From a virus (taxonomy: Duplodnaviria > Caudoviricetes): 64,000 nucleotides of DNA. The notes beneath the pieces are model-generated. The model saw nothing but the letters and a program-made list of their open reading frames with translations, ran no database searches and was not told the origin of the DNA. Below, one piece after another: positions 27,589 through 36,978 of the stretch; position 1 is the first letter of the stretch; each line of letters opens with the position of its first letter. The DNA lies in the IMG/VR virus record IMGVR_UViG_2872922060_000001, positions 22,371 to 86,370 of that record, one strand, 5' to 3'. The translations under genes and the position numbers were made by a program.

Positions 27589-27620
27589 CCATAATGCCTC
27601 ACGATGAGGCGTTATGGCAA
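27589..27620 (-). promoter_or_regulatory. Promoter with palindromic operator
   Basis: CCATAATGCCTCA-CGA-TGAGGCGTTATGG; minus-strand TTGCCA -35. Confidence 0.55.
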
Positions 27621-27682
27621 GGGGGTTTACCCGTCTCTATCCAGAAGATCCGTTTGTCAGTGCCACCAGCGAAGATGCCCCC

Positions 27683-27868
27683 ATGACGATCACCATGCAG
27701 AGCTACGCCTTCACCTGGACCGACCCGGAGGGCACACCCCGCGCGTCGGCTGTCGCCTACGACAAGGCCAGCGCGGACCGGCGGGAAAGGGAACTCGAGG
27801 CCACGGGCGCCACCAGCATCAGACGGGTGCCTGTGGCGCCCGGGGAACTGCCGGAAGTGGAGGGCTGA
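27683..27868 (+). CDS. Small hypothetical protein
   Basis: Codon bias; divergent from 27562. Confidence 0.5.
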   Translation: MTITMQSYAFTWTDPEGTPRASAVAYDKASADRRERELEATGATSIRRVPVAPGELPEVEG

Positions 27869-28058
27869 CGCGCGTCCGCCCCGCCACGACGGGGGATGCG
27901 CGGACGGGGCGGACGGCTGGACGCTCGCCCGGCTATCAGCCGGCGACCTCCCGGGTGCCACGGTTTCCCGATGGCAGACGAGCGAGCACTACGCCCAGCA
28001 TGGCACGTTGCACTGACAACGGTCCCCAGGGAGTGCGAGAAGCGGTGGCCGGGGCAGG

Positions 28059-28322
28059 TTACGGGCCTTCCTCACGCCGCCGGGCAAGGGCCCACACGGC
28101 CAGCGGCCACGGCACCAGCCCGATCAGGTACACGAGTACGTGGCAGGCCGCGCACCGCAGCGGATACTCCCGCATGAGGGTTGCCATCTCGGGGTCGGTG
28201 CGCGCCACGTTCTGATAGTGCTGGCGGACGCTGCCGAGGGTGATGTCCAGTTCGGCAAGGACGACGATCCCGGTGATGAGGTACAGGCTGGTGAGGACGA
28301 AGACGGTGTCTTGCACGGTCAC
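28059..28322 (-). CDS. Small membrane protein
   Basis: Two hydrophobic segments; overlap with upstream gene. Confidence 0.55.
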   Translation of the reverse strand: MTVQDTVFVLTSLYLITGIVVLAELDITLGSVRQHYQNVARTDPEMATLMREYPLRCAACHVLVYLIGLVPWPLAVWALARRREEGP

Positions 28323-28537
28323 GGCCTCTCCCAGTCCCCGGTGTCGTTCGCCCCCTCCGCAACGTCGGCCTTGTGCTCGTCGATGGTGCGTTGCGTGTCC
28401 TGGTCGGCCACGATCCGCTGGAAACCGCAGGAGCAGAACACGGCCGTGGCGCCGGTTTGCTCACTGATCACCCAGTTGTTGTCGTCCACGTACTCGGTCG
28501 TGTCGCGCTCCCACGACATCTCATGCTGCACGGTCAC
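28319..28537 (-). CDS. Small zinc-binding protein
   Basis: CSCG...H; GTGA overlaps. Confidence 0.55.
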   Translation of the reverse strand: MTVQHEMSWERDTTEYVDDNNWVISEQTGATAVFCSCGFQRIVADQDTQRTIDEHKADVAEGANDTGDWERP

Positions 28538-28992
28538 GGGTTCACCTCGTTTTCGATGATGCGGATGGTAGGGCATGGCCAGGGGACGAGGTACTGGTAG
28601 CCGTCGCCGCCGTCCTGGCTGCACGTGCCGCAATGGTTGGAGTCAGGGAAGCCGGAGCCGTCCGGTTGGGGTTTATGCAGGGCCCGGATCTTGCCGATGA
28701 CGTCCAGGAGCTGCTGGCGGGTGGGCTTGCGGTACGGCTCCCACCAGTCCGGCGGGTCGACGAGGAGCGGCGTGGAGCGGCGTTCGATGGCAGCCTTCTC
28801 GCCACGTTCGTCGAGGTGCCGATGCCCGTCCGCGGTGAGGTGGAATGCCTCGTAGTGGATGTGAACGGTTCCGTCAGGGTGCGGGGCGAGGTACAGGTCG
28901 GCGTCGAGGGGGACGTCTTTGGGGCGGATGTTGTTGGCGGTGAGCCACGCGCAGAGTTCCTCGCGGCGGGCCTCGGCCGGGGCGCCGGCCAT
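28534..28992 (-). CDS. Hypothetical protein
   Basis: C-terminal LH.P..C..C..WPC.T module. Confidence 0.6.
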   Translation of the reverse strand: MAGAPAEARREELCAWLTANNIRPKDVPLDADLYLAPHPDGTVHIHYEAFHLTADGHRHLDERGEKAAIERRSTPLLVDPPDWWEPYRKPTRQQLLDVIGKIRALHKPQPDGSGFPDSNHCGTCSQDGGDGYQYLVPWPCPTIRIIENEVNP

Positions 28993-29300
28993 CAGGCACC
29001 GTCCTCTGTGGGCTGGAGGGCGACGTGCGGGTAGGCGCGTACGTGGGCCACGTCCTCGTTGGGGACGCTCTTGCCTCCGAGGGGCCTGGCCGGTGTTTCG
29101 GCCCAGCCAGCGTGGACGCTGGGGAAGACGACGAGCTGGGCGCCTGATTCGATGCACAGGTCGTTGGCGCCGATGATGCGAATTCGGCCTTGGCGGAGGC
29201 AGATGGGATCGTGGCTGATGAAGGCTACGGTGTCGCCTTCGGTGAGGGGGCGGCCGCTGTAGTCGACGGCCTGGGGCTGGGGCGTGTCGCTGGTGGGCAT
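28992..29300 (-). CDS. Hypothetical protein (SH3/KOW-like)
   Basis: D..GR.L..GDTVA. Confidence 0.55.
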   Translation of the reverse strand: MPTSDTPQPQAVDYSGRPLTEGDTVAFISHDPICLRQGRIRIIGANDLCIESGAQLVVFPSVHAGWAETPARPLGGKSVPNEDVAHVRAYPHVALQPTEDGA

Positions 29301-29390
29301 GACTCTACGGTCCCGCGAATTCACGGGCGTCGTTCCCCTGGTTCTGTGCGCGGCCCGGCAGCGTGGGGGGGGAGGGCTGCCGGGTCCGGG

Positions 29391-30440
29391 TCAGCTGGCC
29401 CAGGTGCCGTGCAGCGCCGACGTGGTGAAGCCGGGCCCGTACGCCACCATCAGCACACCGGCGCCATCAGCCGGGGCCTGGTCGTGAGTGCGCTCCAGTA
29501 CCCGCAGCACAGCGGGCCCGCCAAGATTGCCTTCCTCCGCGAGCGTGTCCAGGGAGTGCCGGGCGTCGTCCTCGGTCAGGCCGAGAGCGGTCGCGGTGTC
29601 GAGGATGATCGGGCGGGACCCGGGGTGGATGACGGGGACGGTGACGGGCCGGCCGCCGAGCCAGTCGACGACGGCGGGCATCGCAGCACGGGCGCCGCCC
29701 GAGGATTTCTTCGTGGAGTCGAAGTGGAGGCCGTCGGGGTCGATGCGGCCCCAGTAGTAGTCGAGGGAGTCGGGGAGGACGTACTCGTAGAGGTCGCCGG
29801 GGCCGTGGATGGTGAGGCCGGGTCCGGTGGGGTGGGTGGACACGATGGTGGCGGCCGCGGAGTCCCCGAAGAGGGCTTTGTAGATCATGTGCTCGATGCC
29901 TGTATCGCCGTGCTGGTAGCTGGTGGAGAGGACTTCGGCGGCGACGACGAGGATGCGGCCTCCGGGGCGGAGGAGGGCTTGTTCGGTGGCGCGGATGAGG
30001 GCGTGGGCGCCGCCTGCGCAGGCTGCGGAGGTGAGGGCGGTGCGGTGGACGGCGGGGTTGAGGCCGAGCCGGCCCACGAGGTGCACGTCCAAGTTGGGAA
30101 CGGACCAGCCGGTGGCGTGGGTGGTGACGATGCCGGTGATGTCCGCGGGTGTCAGGCCGTGCTGGGTGAGGGCGGTGCGTGCGGCTTCCTCGGCCAGGTT
30201 CAGGGCGTCGTTGAACGCTTGTTGGGTGCGGGCGTGGACGTCGGCGGTGCCGGTGATGGTGTCCGCGGTGAGGGGCTGCGTGAAGTACCGGGACTGGACG
30301 CCGCAGTTGTTGATGACGCGGAGGATCGCGCCGAGCCGCGGGTGGTCGGGGTGGTGGGCGGCGATGTCGTCGGCTATCTCGCTGGTTGTGATCTTGTGCG
30401 GGGCGAGGACGGTGACGGGGCGGGCGACATGGACGGGCAC
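29391..30440 (-). CDS. Type III polyketide synthase (RppA/Gcs/VioA-like)
   Basis: Catalytic Cys (AACAGG), His (IHPG), Asn (GNLGG); LFGD and GPGFT motifs; GTG start after a GGGGAA RBS. Confidence 0.93.
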   Translation of the reverse strand: MPVHVARPVTVLAPHKITTSEIADDIAAHHPDHPRLGAILRVINNCGVQSRYFTQPLTADTITGTADVHARTQQAFNDALNLAEEAARTALTQHGLTPADITGIVTTHATGWSVPNLDVHLVGRLGLNPAVHRTALTSAACAGGAHALIRATEQALLRPGGRILVVAAEVLSTSYQHGDTGIEHMIYKALFGDSAAATIVSTHPTGPGLTIHGPGDLYEYVLPDSLDYYWGRIDPDGLHFDSTKKSSGGARAAMPAVVDWLGGRPVTVPVIHPGSRPIILDTATALGLTEDDARHSLDTLAEEGNLGGPAVLRVLERTHDQAPADGAGVLMVAYGPGFTTSALHGTWAS

Positions 30441-30574
30441 GGGCTTCCCCCTGGGGTGTGCTGACCTGGTAGGGGCCAAGGTACGGCGCAGTTGGCGTGA
30501 TTGTTTCCCCTGCCGTTCGGTTTCTGCTCGCGCAGCGACCGAAATGCCGGGACAAACCCAGACCCAAGGGGTGT

Positions 30575-31399
30575 CTACTGGGCTTGGAGCATGGTTCGGC
30601 GTGTGGTGGTGCGGCGGGGGCCCGGCCGAAAAATGAGGATCATGAATCGTGATCCGGGGGCGGCCATGGGCTGCGCCACGCACATCGTGACCCAGCCGTC
30701 CCCTTCGGTGGCGTGCCGGATGGGCCGCTCGTCGCCGTCGGGGTGAATGCTCGCGCCGCCGGCTTCGTACAGGGGCCGGGATATGGGGTCGGCGAGGACG
30801 TCGTGCTCGATGTCGCGGAGGACGGTGTCGTCGGGGCGCTGTGCGAGGGCGGCGCGGAGCTGGGGCATGACGAACGGTGCCCAGGCGGTCGCCCAGTCGG
30901 TGAGCTGGTTCCGTCCGTCGAGGAGCATCCACCGCATGGTGTTGGCGGGTGCGCGGCCGCCGTGGAACAGGGTGTGGAACTGCGGGTTGCAGGCGAGGAC
31001 GTTCCAGGAGGCGTCGGTGACGTACGCCATGTGGGTCATGCCGTTGACGGCGTCCTGCCAGGCGCCGGGTACCTGGTCGCCGGAGGTGTCGTACAGGGGG
31101 CCGGGCGGGTCTTCGCCGCGGGCGTACCGGCACAGGGCCATCCATTCCTGTTCGTTGAACTGGAGCAGGGTCGCGATGTCGCGGAGGAGGTCGGCCGGCG
31201 GGTTGGGGTAGGTGCCTGATTCGAGGCGGTGGCAGGTGCCGCGGGCCCGGTTGATGAGCTCGTCGACCTGGTGCTGGGACAGGCCGGGGGCGCGGCGTCC
31301 TTGCCGGTTGGGCCGGGTGAGGCCGTGTGCTTCGGGGGCTATGCGGGCGCGGGCGTCTTTGAGGAGCTTTTTCAGTGCGGGCTTGTCTGGTTTGTTCAC
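30575..31399 (-). CDS. XRE/MmyB-family regulator (HTH plus PAS-like ligand-binding domain)
   Basis: L...RARI.P..HG....GRRAPGLSQ, RLESG, AYVTD..WNVLACN, N.MRW. Confidence 0.9.
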   Translation of the reverse strand: MNKPDKPALKKLLKDARARIAPEAHGLTRPNRQGRRAPGLSQHQVDELINRARGTCHRLESGTYPNPPADLLRDIATLLQFNEQEWMALCRYARGEDPPGPLYDTSGDQVPGAWQDAVNGMTHMAYVTDASWNVLACNPQFHTLFHGGRAPANTMRWMLLDGRNQLTDWATAWAPFVMPQLRAALAQRPDDTVLRDIEHDVLADPISRPLYEAGGASIHPDGDERPIRHATEGDGWVTMCVAQPMAAPGSRFMILIFRPGPRRTTTRRTMLQAQ

Positions 31400-31815
31400 T
31401 GGTGTGTTCGTCCCCCGGGGTTGCTGACTGCTCGGCAAGTGTAATTAGTGGGATGGTTTTTAATCCAAAAAATCTTCCGTAGAAAAGAGGTGGGTGTGTG
31501 ATGCATGCTCAGTTCTGCGTGGCGCTGGCCTGCCAGGTTGTTGCTGGTGACCGCGTGGATACACTCGCCGGTAACCTTTGGCCAAAGATTGTTGGGCCGG
31601 TTTGTGAAGGGTTGCAGGCGGGTCCCGGGAACTCCCGGTGGCTTTAGGCTGGTTCGGGCGCCGTTTCCCTTCGGGGAATCGCAGCGCGGCACCCGATCCC
31701 GACCACGAAGTCTTCACGGGGTGTTTCCGGACGGTGCCCGGTCACGGCCGGTGCCCTACCGCCCCACTCCAGGGGCCTCGGCACCGGCCGCCGGCACGCC
31801 CAGGGCCTGTCACGA

Positions 31816-32304
31816 CTAGGACTGCCTAGTTGCGTTGGACGGCTGCACGCCCTTGAGCACAGCCAGCTCCCGCTGCGCCTCGACCAGCCGAGCCAGGTAC
31901 TCCGCGGCCTGCGTCTTCCAGTCCGGTGCCGCGCCAGCCCGAATCCTGCCGGTCATGAACCGGTCCCAGCCCTCCAGCGCGTACTCCAGATCCCGGATAC
32001 GGGCACGGAGCCCGTCGGGATCGCGGCCCTGCCGGAGTTCGGCGACCTCGGCCTCAAGGCGCCGTACGTCGGCGGCTGTGCGGGCCTTCTGCCGTTCCCG
32101 GCCCTTCTCGTAGCCCCGCATGAACGCGGCCTTGCGTTCCTCGCGGGGGCACTCCTCGATCCAGGGCAGGAGAGCAGCGGCCGCGTCCCGGTGTTCCTGG
32201 GCGCGTTCGGGGTTTTCCTGCTCGAGCTCGGCGATGCCCCGGTAGTCATACTCGCGGGATAGCTGGTCGGCGAGGCGCTGCTCGCGGGTGAGGTCTTCAG
32301 GCAC
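31816..32304 (-). CDS. Coiled-coil hypothetical protein
   Basis: Heptad-rich; start inferred. Confidence 0.55.
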   Translation of the reverse strand: MPEDLTREQRLADQLSREYDYRGIAELEQENPERAQEHRDAAAALLPWIEECPREERKAAFMRGYEKGRERQKARTAADVRRLEAEVAELRQGRDPDGLRARIRDLEYALEGWDRFMTGRIRAGAAPDWKTQAAEYLARLVEAQRELAVLKGVQPSNATRQS

Positions 32305-32518
32305 GACGGTCCTCAAGGTGTTGGTGGGCGTCGCGGTGCTCGCCGCAGGTCTGCCCGAACAGGTCGGCCCGGCAGTGCAGGCCGGGCCCTTCGAACGTGT
32401 GGTGGCCGATCGTGGCCACGCTGAACGCCGCCTGCTGGCCGGCGAGCGGCGCCGGCGTCGGCTGAGCGAGGAGAGCTTCCACGCGCTCAAGACGGCGAAT
32501 GATCTCCCGTTTCGACAC
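32297..32518 (-). CDS. Small hypothetical protein
   Basis: H.F..C..CG..R..H motif. Confidence 0.5.
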   Translation of the reverse strand: MSKREIIRRLERVEALLAQPTPAPLAGQQAAFSVATIGHHTFEGPGLHCRADLFGQTCGEHRDAHQHLEDRRA

Positions 32519-32526
32519 GAACCGCC

Positions 32527-33345
32527 TCACGCGTCCTCCAGGTCTACGCCACCGACGAGTACGCGAAGCCGAGAGTGCCGGGACGGGCGGGCCGCCATCT
32601 CGTCCACCGAGGGCCAGTCGTCCGCGCAGATCCCGTACTTCGGCGGCTGCCATCGGGGCCGGTAGTGCCGGTAGACCTTCTCCCAATCCGCCTTGAAGTA
32701 GCAGGGCAGCAGACCACCCGTGTTCGGGATGGGCTCCGGAGCCTGCTCGTTCTGTGCGCGGACCTGCTCGGCGACGCGGTCGGCGTGATCCTTGTGCCGC
32801 TTGCAGAACCAGCGCGCGGTGATCCACCCGGTCCGGGGGTCCTTCTCGAGGACACGGTGGTGGGATTGGGCACCGCACACGCCGTCTTCGGTGCGCCAGT
32901 CACGGGGCGGGGTATAACCGGGCGTGACGTGCACGAATGTGGGCGGCAGCTTGTGCAGGCGGGTCGGCTCGGGCAGCCCGGCCTGGGCGCGGGGCTTGTA
33001 GGCCCTGGGGCGGTACGGGCGAAGGCGAGGGCCTTCGCAGGAGGGCGCTCCGGACGGGTACCAGTCGCCGGCTTCCCGGGGCGGCTTGTAGCGGGGCGCG
33101 TCGTCGGCGATGAGCCGGTCGTAGCGGGCCTTGCCGTGATCGACACCCAGCTTCCGGCGGGCGACCTTCAACGGGCTGACGCCGTCCTCACGCTTGGCGA
33201 GGTCGACGGCGTAGCCGATGGCGAGGAGGAGTTCCCGGGTCTCGTGGCCGACGCGGGGGTCTTCGTAGACGGCAGCGACGAACTCGGGGAACGTCCGCTT
33301 GGGGCGCTGTTCCTGTGCGGGGGCCGGTACGGAGCGGAGCATCAT
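32527..33345 (-). CDS. Hypothetical protein
   Basis: GGAGG RBS, ATGA overlap. Confidence 0.65.
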   Translation of the reverse strand: MMLRSVPAPAQEQRPKRTFPEFVAAVYEDPRVGHETRELLLAIGYAVDLAKREDGVSPLKVARRKLGVDHGKARYDRLIADDAPRYKPPREAGDWYPSGAPSCEGPRLRPYRPRAYKPRAQAGLPEPTRLHKLPPTFVHVTPGYTPPRDWRTEDGVCGAQSHHRVLEKDPRTGWITARWFCKRHKDHADRVAEQVRAQNEQAPEPIPNTGGLLPCYFKADWEKVYRHYRPRWQPPKYGICADDWPSVDEMAARPSRHSRLRVLVGGVDLEDA

Positions 33346-33668
33346 GCCTCCTCGTCGACTCGGTGGTCTGGGACCCGGGGCTCGTTGATGCGGCGGACTG
33401 TGACGGCGGGGCTGCGGGGCGGGGGCGGGTCGTTGCGGTGCTTCCACGCGTCCCAGTCCTGCCGCGGGTGGGCGAGGCACCAGGCCAGGTTCTCGGCGGC
33501 CAGCACGGCCCAGATCGCCCACCAGCGGGCACGGTGGCGGCGGATGGACTGGTCGTACTTCGCCCAGTTCGCCCAGTCGGAGACGCGCCGTGCGGGCCTG
33601 TAACGGCCGAGGGCGTAGCCGGCGGTGACCAGGCCCAGGGCCGCGGCCGCGGCGGCCAGAGGGGTCAC
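33342..33668 (-). CDS. Membrane-anchored hypothetical protein
   Basis: N-terminal hydrophobic helix; overlaps. Confidence 0.6.
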   Translation of the reverse strand: MTPLAAAAAALGLVTAGYALGRYRPARRVSDWANWAKYDQSIRRHRARWWAIWAVLAAENLAWCLAHPRQDWDAWKHRNDPPPPRSPAVTVRRINEPRVPDHRVDEEA

Positions 33669-34093
33669 GACACCGTCTCCAAGCTGATCTGCCGCTGGAC
33701 GGCGGCGAGGACGCTTTCGGGGACGGTCCACAGGCCGAGCTGCCCGCGGACTCCGAGAACGGGTTCTGGCAGCAGACGGACGCTTCCGATCTCCCAATGC
33801 CACGAGTCAGGGAATCCCCATGGGCGGCAGCAGCCGGTGTCCTCGTGGCAGCCGACCACGTCGAAGACGGCGATGATCGCCTTGCGGTAGAGGGGCCAGT
33901 CGGTCATGCCGTCGGTCAGTGCGCGCGGTACTTGGCTGCTGGGGCGCGGGGTGCGGTCGTCGGCGGCGCCGGCGTGGAGGCAGAGGGTGGTTCCGAGCTG
34001 GTTGGCGGGGATGCGGCGGGGACGGTTCTCGATGCGCTTCGGGCCGTGGGCGATGGCGGCGGCCCACGGCTGTCGGACGGTCAGGGCTCTCAC
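33665..34093 (-). CDS. ASCH-domain protein
   Basis: ALTVRQPWA.AI..G.K.IENR, HAG, RGQLGLW. Confidence 0.88.
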   Translation of the reverse strand: MRALTVRQPWAAAIAHGPKRIENRPRRIPANQLGTTLCLHAGAADDRTPRPSSQVPRALTDGMTDWPLYRKAIIAVFDVVGCHEDTGCCRPWGFPDSWHWEIGSVRLLPEPVLGVRGQLGLWTVPESVLAAVQRQISLETVS

Positions 34094-34662
34094 GGGCTGG
34101 TCCTCTCGCAGGTGGGATGTTGGTGGGCAGCCGTACCCATGGCGTGCGGGTAGTCGTAGGCGCCGGGGATCGGCTGCCACGTCTCCCCATGGGCCCCGCA
34201 GGTCTTGCACCGCCATCGTTCACCGCCGTCGACCTGCTCCAGGCCGAACCGGGCATAGAAGGCGTCCAGCTCCGTCTTGCGTTCCTGGTAGATGGTGGTG
34301 CGCCGCTTGTAGTCCCTGTAGACGTTGCCCCGGTAGCGGGGGTCGTCGATCGTCTCGTTCCAGCCCGGCTGGTAGTCGGGGTGGTCGCGGAAGAGGCGGG
34401 CGAGGCCGCACATGGTGGTGCAGGGGACGCCGGCGGTGGCGGTGCAGGTGACGCAGGCTGCGGCGGAGCGGCCGCGGGCGTCGATCCAGATGTTGTGCTG
34501 GTTGGCGATGAGGTAGAGGGAGTCGATGCGGTTCAGTTCGGTGTCGCGGGTCTCGCCTGGCGGGAGCTGTTCGGCAGTCTGCTGGGCTTCGGCGAGGCGG
34601 GCGTACACGAAGTCCTCGCAGCGGAACTCCCACCGCCACGCCGGATCGTCTGGGCCGGTCAC
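34090..34662 (-). CDS. DUF6221-like protein
   Basis: F..ARL.E, PC.T...LA..F.DHPDY..W. Confidence 0.55.
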   Translation of the reverse strand: MTGPDDPAWRWEFRCEDFVYARLAEAQQTAEQLPPGETRDTELNRIDSLYLIANQHNIWIDARGRSAAACVTCTATAGVPCTTMCGLARLFRDHPDYQPGWNETIDDPRYRGNVYRDYKRRTTIYQERKTELDAFYARFGLEQVDGGERWRCKTCGAHGETWQPIPGAYDYPHAMGTAAHQHPTCERTSP

Positions 34663-35051
34663 TGAGTGTCCCCTTCGGGGTCGTCTGCGCAGCCACAGCG
34701 GACTCCGCCGCTATGCCGGGGCGGGTCCGCAGGGACAGCGCGAAGGTTCGGGCAGCCGTCCGGGAAGGTGGGGCAGCGCTCGATGGTGGCGACGGCCGGG
34801 TATAGGTCGGGGAAGGCGAAGCAGGCGTTGACGATGTCGGCGAGGATGGCGGCGTTCAGCGGGATCTGTTCGCCTTGCGGGTGCATGCTGCCGCGGACGT
34901 AGCCCATAACGGCGGCGTCCTGGAAGAGTGCGCGTTCGCGGTCAGTGAGGCTGTTGAGGAAGGCGTGGACTCTGTCGGCTCGGGCTGCCTGCCGCTTGGC
35001 GAAGTACTCGTTCAAGGCGGCGTCTACCTGGCTCTCGCGGTAGTCGGTCAC
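34659..35051 (-). CDS. Hypothetical protein
   Basis: GTGA overlaps; codon bias. Confidence 0.6.
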   Translation of the reverse strand: MTDYRESQVDAALNEYFAKRQAARADRVHAFLNSLTDRERALFQDAAVMGYVRGSMHPQGEQIPLNAAILADIVNACFAFPDLYPAVATIERCPTFPDGCPNLRAVPADPPRHSGGVRCGCADDPEGDTQ

Positions 35052-35401
35052 AGGCGGGTCCTCTCGGAGGTGTCGGTGGCGGCGAGGATGGCCTTGCAGG
35101 TGTTCAGGTCTTCGTCGGCTTGGGTGAGCAGCTCTCCGCCACCGGCCCAGATCCGGGTGCGCGGCTCGTTTTCCGCGAAGACGACGAGGCCGTGTTCGAC
35201 GTGGAAGGTGCGGCCGTTGACGCGGCAGGTCTCGGCTTCGCTCCAGTCGCGGGTGCACAGCCATACGCCGTGGGCGGTCCAGTACTCGGGGCAGGGCGTT
35301 GTCCAGATGGGTTCGCCGTTGTCGAAGGTGGCGGTGTAGAGGAAGACGGGGCGGATCTGTTGGCAATGCTGGCAGCGACCGACCCTGGGAAGCGGGTCCA
35401 T
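35048..35401 (-). CDS. Hypothetical zinc-ribbon protein
   Basis: CQHC; TGATG overlap. Confidence 0.55.
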   Translation of the reverse strand: MDPLPRVGRCQHCQQIRPVFLYTATFDNGEPIWTTPCPEYWTAHGVWLCTRDWSEAETCRVNGRTFHVEHGLVVFAENEPRTRIWAGGGELLTQADEDLNTCKAILAATDTSERTRL

Positions 35402-35820
35402 CACGCCTCCAGGGCAGCCGGGTCGCCGTCGGGCTCGCCGGGGTCGACTTCGGGGTGGGTAAAGCGGACCGGCTTGCCCAGGGAGCGGGCGTAGGCGATC
35501 TCCGCGCGGGTGGAGTCGCCGATGTAATCGCCGACGACCAGGACTTCGTCCGCGAGGCGGATCTTCGCGCGGTGCAGGTCGTCCAGGCGGGCCTTGAGAA
35601 CTTCGGCGTCGGCGGGGTCGGCCCACAGGGGGTGGGGCTCCTTCATGTTGCAGCCGGGCTTTACGACGATGTGGCCGTTGGCGGTCTCGATGCGGTCGAT
35701 TTCGGCCATGAGGTTCATGAAGCGGGTGGAGCCGCAGATGGCGACGATGCGGGGGATGCCGAGGCGGTTCTTGGCGTCGGCGAGTTGCTCTTCGGGGGTG
35801 AGGAGCTGGGGGTAGGTCAC
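35401..35820 (-). CDS. Nucleoside 2-deoxyribosyltransferase-like Rossmann-fold protein
   Basis: ICGSTRF, LH..KI.LADEV.V..YIG.ST..EI.YA...GKPV. Confidence 0.7.
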   Translation of the reverse strand: MTYPQLLTPEEQLADAKNRLGIPRIVAICGSTRFMNLMAEIDRIETANGHIVVKPGCNMKEPHPLWADPADAEVLKARLDDLHRAKIRLADEVLVVGDYIGDSTRAEIAYARSLGKPVRFTHPEVDPGEPDGDPAALEA

Positions 35821-35950
35821 GGGTTCTCCTGGTCGAGGTGACGGGGGTTGGCCGTGGGGCGCTTCCCGGAGATTGCCTGTGGTAGACCAGCCTGCCGCTG
35901 TTTGGGCAGGGGGTTCCCTGTGGCGGTGGGGAGGAGGGTTCAACCAGGCC

Positions 35951-35986
35951 ACTGTACCGCGCTATGCATGGCACAGCAATGCGTAG
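35951..35986 (-). promoter_or_regulatory. Operator/promoter copy 3
   Basis: Minus strand CTACGCATTGCTGTGCCATGCATAGCGCGGTACAGT; TTGCTG-N17-TACAGT. Confidence 0.75.
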
Positions 35987-36438
35987 TGGGTGGGGTTGTT
36001 CAGGCGGCGCCGACCTCACCCCGCCACAAGACGCCCCGTGAGACGCATGACCGCAGATGAGGCGCCCTGCCAGCCAACAGCGCCCGTGCGCCCCCCAAGC
36101 CCTCTGCCCCACCGGCCAGGCGCCGCGCACCGTCGAAACCATGGGCGCTACGAGGCAAGCACTGTGCGCGGGACGCGGGGACGGCAGCGACTGCCCGAAC
36201 GGGGAAGTCCTGACGGTCGAGGACGGAGCTGCGGAGGTCCGGTGCGAGGAGTGCCGGCACTACTGGGAGCTGGACGAGACGGAGCCGGGCCGCCGCCCAG
36301 TCGTGGATGACGGGCTGACCCGGCCACTGGGGGATCCACGCGAAGCCGGCCACGGGACCGCGGCATAGAACGGTGGCGTGAAGGACAGCACCAGCCCGCC
36401 CCGCCGTGGACGCCCGCCGACTAGCGCAGGACGGGGTG

Positions 36439-36891
36439 CTACAGCACGGCGGCGAGGACGCCGGCCAGGGCGAGCGCGGTGATCCCGGCGCGGGTGCAGT
36501 CCACCGCGGCCCGGACCCGGCTGTACTTGCGGCGGGCCAGGGCGGCGAGAGCGCGTACCTCGTCCGGTCCCGGGCCGGCCGCCAGAGCGGCGGCCAACTC
36601 GTCGTGGGTCATCTCGGGCCACCGGGGCCAGCCGGGGCCGTGCAGGTTCGGTCGTACGGCGGTGAGGAGGATCAGTGTGGCGGTGAGGAGGAGGGCGGTG
36701 CCTAACCCGCCGGTCACGGTCACGGCGGCGGGGGGTCGGGTGTTGGCGGTGAGGGTGATGATGCCGGCGAGGCTGGTGCCGGTGAGGGCGAGGAGGAGGC
36801 TGGCTTTGGTGTCGCAGCGGGCGATGTGAGCGGTGAGGTCTTTCACGTGGTCGTGGCAGCGGTGGTCGGTTTCGGCCGGGGTGGTGGTCAT
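36439..36891 (-). CDS. Pycsar-effector-like (DUF5706-type) membrane protein
   Basis: IARCDTKASLLL, three TMs, AVRP.L, LA.RKY..VR.A. Confidence 0.75.
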   Translation of the reverse strand: MTTTPAETDHRCHDHVKDLTAHIARCDTKASLLLALTGTSLAGIITLTANTRPPAAVTVTGGLGTALLLTATLILLTAVRPNLHGPGWPRWPEMTHDELAAALAAGPGPDEVRALAALARRKYSRVRAAVDCTRAGITALALAGVLAAVL

Positions 36892-36978
36892 GAGCTGGTC
36901 CGTTCTATGTCGGGTGCTGGCATGGAAAAGCCCGGCCACAGTGGGGTCGCGGCCGGGCTCTGAGCGCGGAAGGCGTGG

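Noticed and set aside
30441-31145. 235-aa N-terminal extension of the PKS in the 584-aa ORF
   Set aside because: Arg/Pro-rich alternative frame of the regulator gene; the PKS has its own RBS and GTG at 30440.
36439-36891. Complete Pycsar defence system
   Set aside because: No nucleotide cyclase nearby.
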